A stretch of 64,000 bases of DNA from Macrostomum hystrix (taxonomy: Eukaryota; Animalia; Platyhelminthes). Made by a program: the position numbers and the translations under genes. Numbering within the stretch: position 1 is the stretch's first letter; each line of letters opens with the position of its first letter. Location: NCBI GenBank assembly GCA_950097015.1, contig CATNEN010000002.1, positions 7,130,001 to 7,194,000 of the forward strand, in the 5' to 3' direction. The notes under the pieces are model-generated. The model had not been told where the DNA came from. It was given only the letters and a program-made list of their open reading frames with translations, and did no database searches. Positions 62,806 through 64,000 of the stretch are shown here, piece by piece.

Positions 62806-64000
62806 CTAGCATGTTTTGCCCCCCTTCGGGGAGCAGAAATACTTTTAATTCGTCTAGTATATACTTTTTAGCAGCTGAATTTACAGCTTTTTATAGCTAC
62901 AATGAACCCCCAGTTGACAATGATCCCCCAGCCCCAGTTGATGATGATCCCCAAGTTGATGATGATCCCCTAGTTGACAATTCTCCCAGTTGACAATGAT
63001 CCCCCAGTTGACAATGAACCCCCAGTTGACAATGAACCCCCAGTTAACAAAGATCCCCCAGTTGACAATGATCCCCCAGTTGACAATGATCCCCCAGTTG
63101 ACAATGATCCCACAGTTGACAATGATCCCCCAGTTGACAAAGATCCCCAGTTCACAATGATCCCCCAGTTGTCAATGATCCCACAGTTGAAAATGATCCC
63201 CCAGTTGACAATGATCCCCCAGTTGACAATGATCCCCCAGTTAACAATGATCCCCAAGTTAACAAAGATCCCCCAGTTCACAATGATCCCCCAGTTGATG
63301 ATGACTCCCCATTGATGATGATCCCCAGTTAACAATGTTCCTCCAGTTGACAATGTTCCCCCAGTTGACAATGATCCCCCAGTTGATGATGATCACCCAG
63401 TTGACAATGATCCCCCAGTTGACAATGATCCCCCAGTTGACAATGATCCCCCTGTTGACAATGATCCCCCAGTTGATAATGATCCCGCGCGTTGACAATG
63501 ATCCCACAGTTGACAATGATCCCCCAGTTGACAATGATCCCCCAGTTGACAAAGATCCCCAGTTCACAATGATCCCCCAGTTGATGATGATCCCCCAGTT
63601 GAAAATGATCCCCCATGCAGTTGACAATGATCCCCCAGTTGAAAATGATCCCCCAGTTGACAATGATCCCCCAGTTGACAATGATCCCCCAGTTGACAAT
63701 GATCCCCCAGTTTACCATGATCCCCCAGTTCACCATGATCCCCATTTTGATGATGACTCCCCAGTTGACGTTGATTTTTCAAACGCTGGGTTAGCCAAGA
63801 TTCAAACTCAGGTTTCGCCATGTTTTAAACCCTGGTGGGCTATGATTCAAACTCTCGTTTTGCCATGATTCAAACTCTGGTTTAGCCATGATTCAAACGC
63901 TGGGTTAGCCATGATTGAAACTCGGTTTTTGCCATGATTCAAACTCTGGTTTAGCCATGATTCAGACTCTAGTTTAGCCATGATTCAGACTCTGGTTTAG
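62806..64000 (-). mobile_element. Second copy of the large Helitron (element B), 3' portion, continuing beyond the window
   Basis: Plus strand CTAGCATGTTTTGCCCCCTTCGGGGAGCAGAAATA at 62806 matches 46380. It is followed by the same 18-bp and then 23-bp arrays. Confidence 0.8.

Overview
This is eukaryotic (metazoan) genomic DNA: GC-rich spliced exons, GT-AG introns that often carry minisatellites, and a TTAGGG-type repeat. The style suggests a repeat-rich invertebrate such as a free-living flatworm (inference only). The first ~43 kb holds about nine protein-coding genes: SPATA6-like, an Id/emc-type HLH, a BTB-BACK gene, an uncharacterised gene, IQANK1-like, a C2H2 zinc-finger gene, a PAN + C-type lectin, a PAN-like + ConA/LamG protein and part of a claudin-like gene. 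It also holds a Mab-21/cGAS-like orphan exon, a non-LTR retrotransposon ORF of 1114 aa with no internal stops, two decayed Crypton/DUF3504 tyrosine-recombinase elements, CORE-type tRNA-derived SINEs (one ending in telomeric repeats) and a foldback element. The region from 46.4 kb to the window end is the most striking. It is a head-to-tail chain of non-autonomous Helitrons, all on the minus strand (TC...hairpin-CTAG), with nested periodicities: 18- and 23-bp minisatellites, a ~335-bp mini-Helitron alternating ABABABA, and a ~2-kb higher-order repeat built from a Helitron 5' end. Gene identities come from recognising motifs by eye; no database searches were run.
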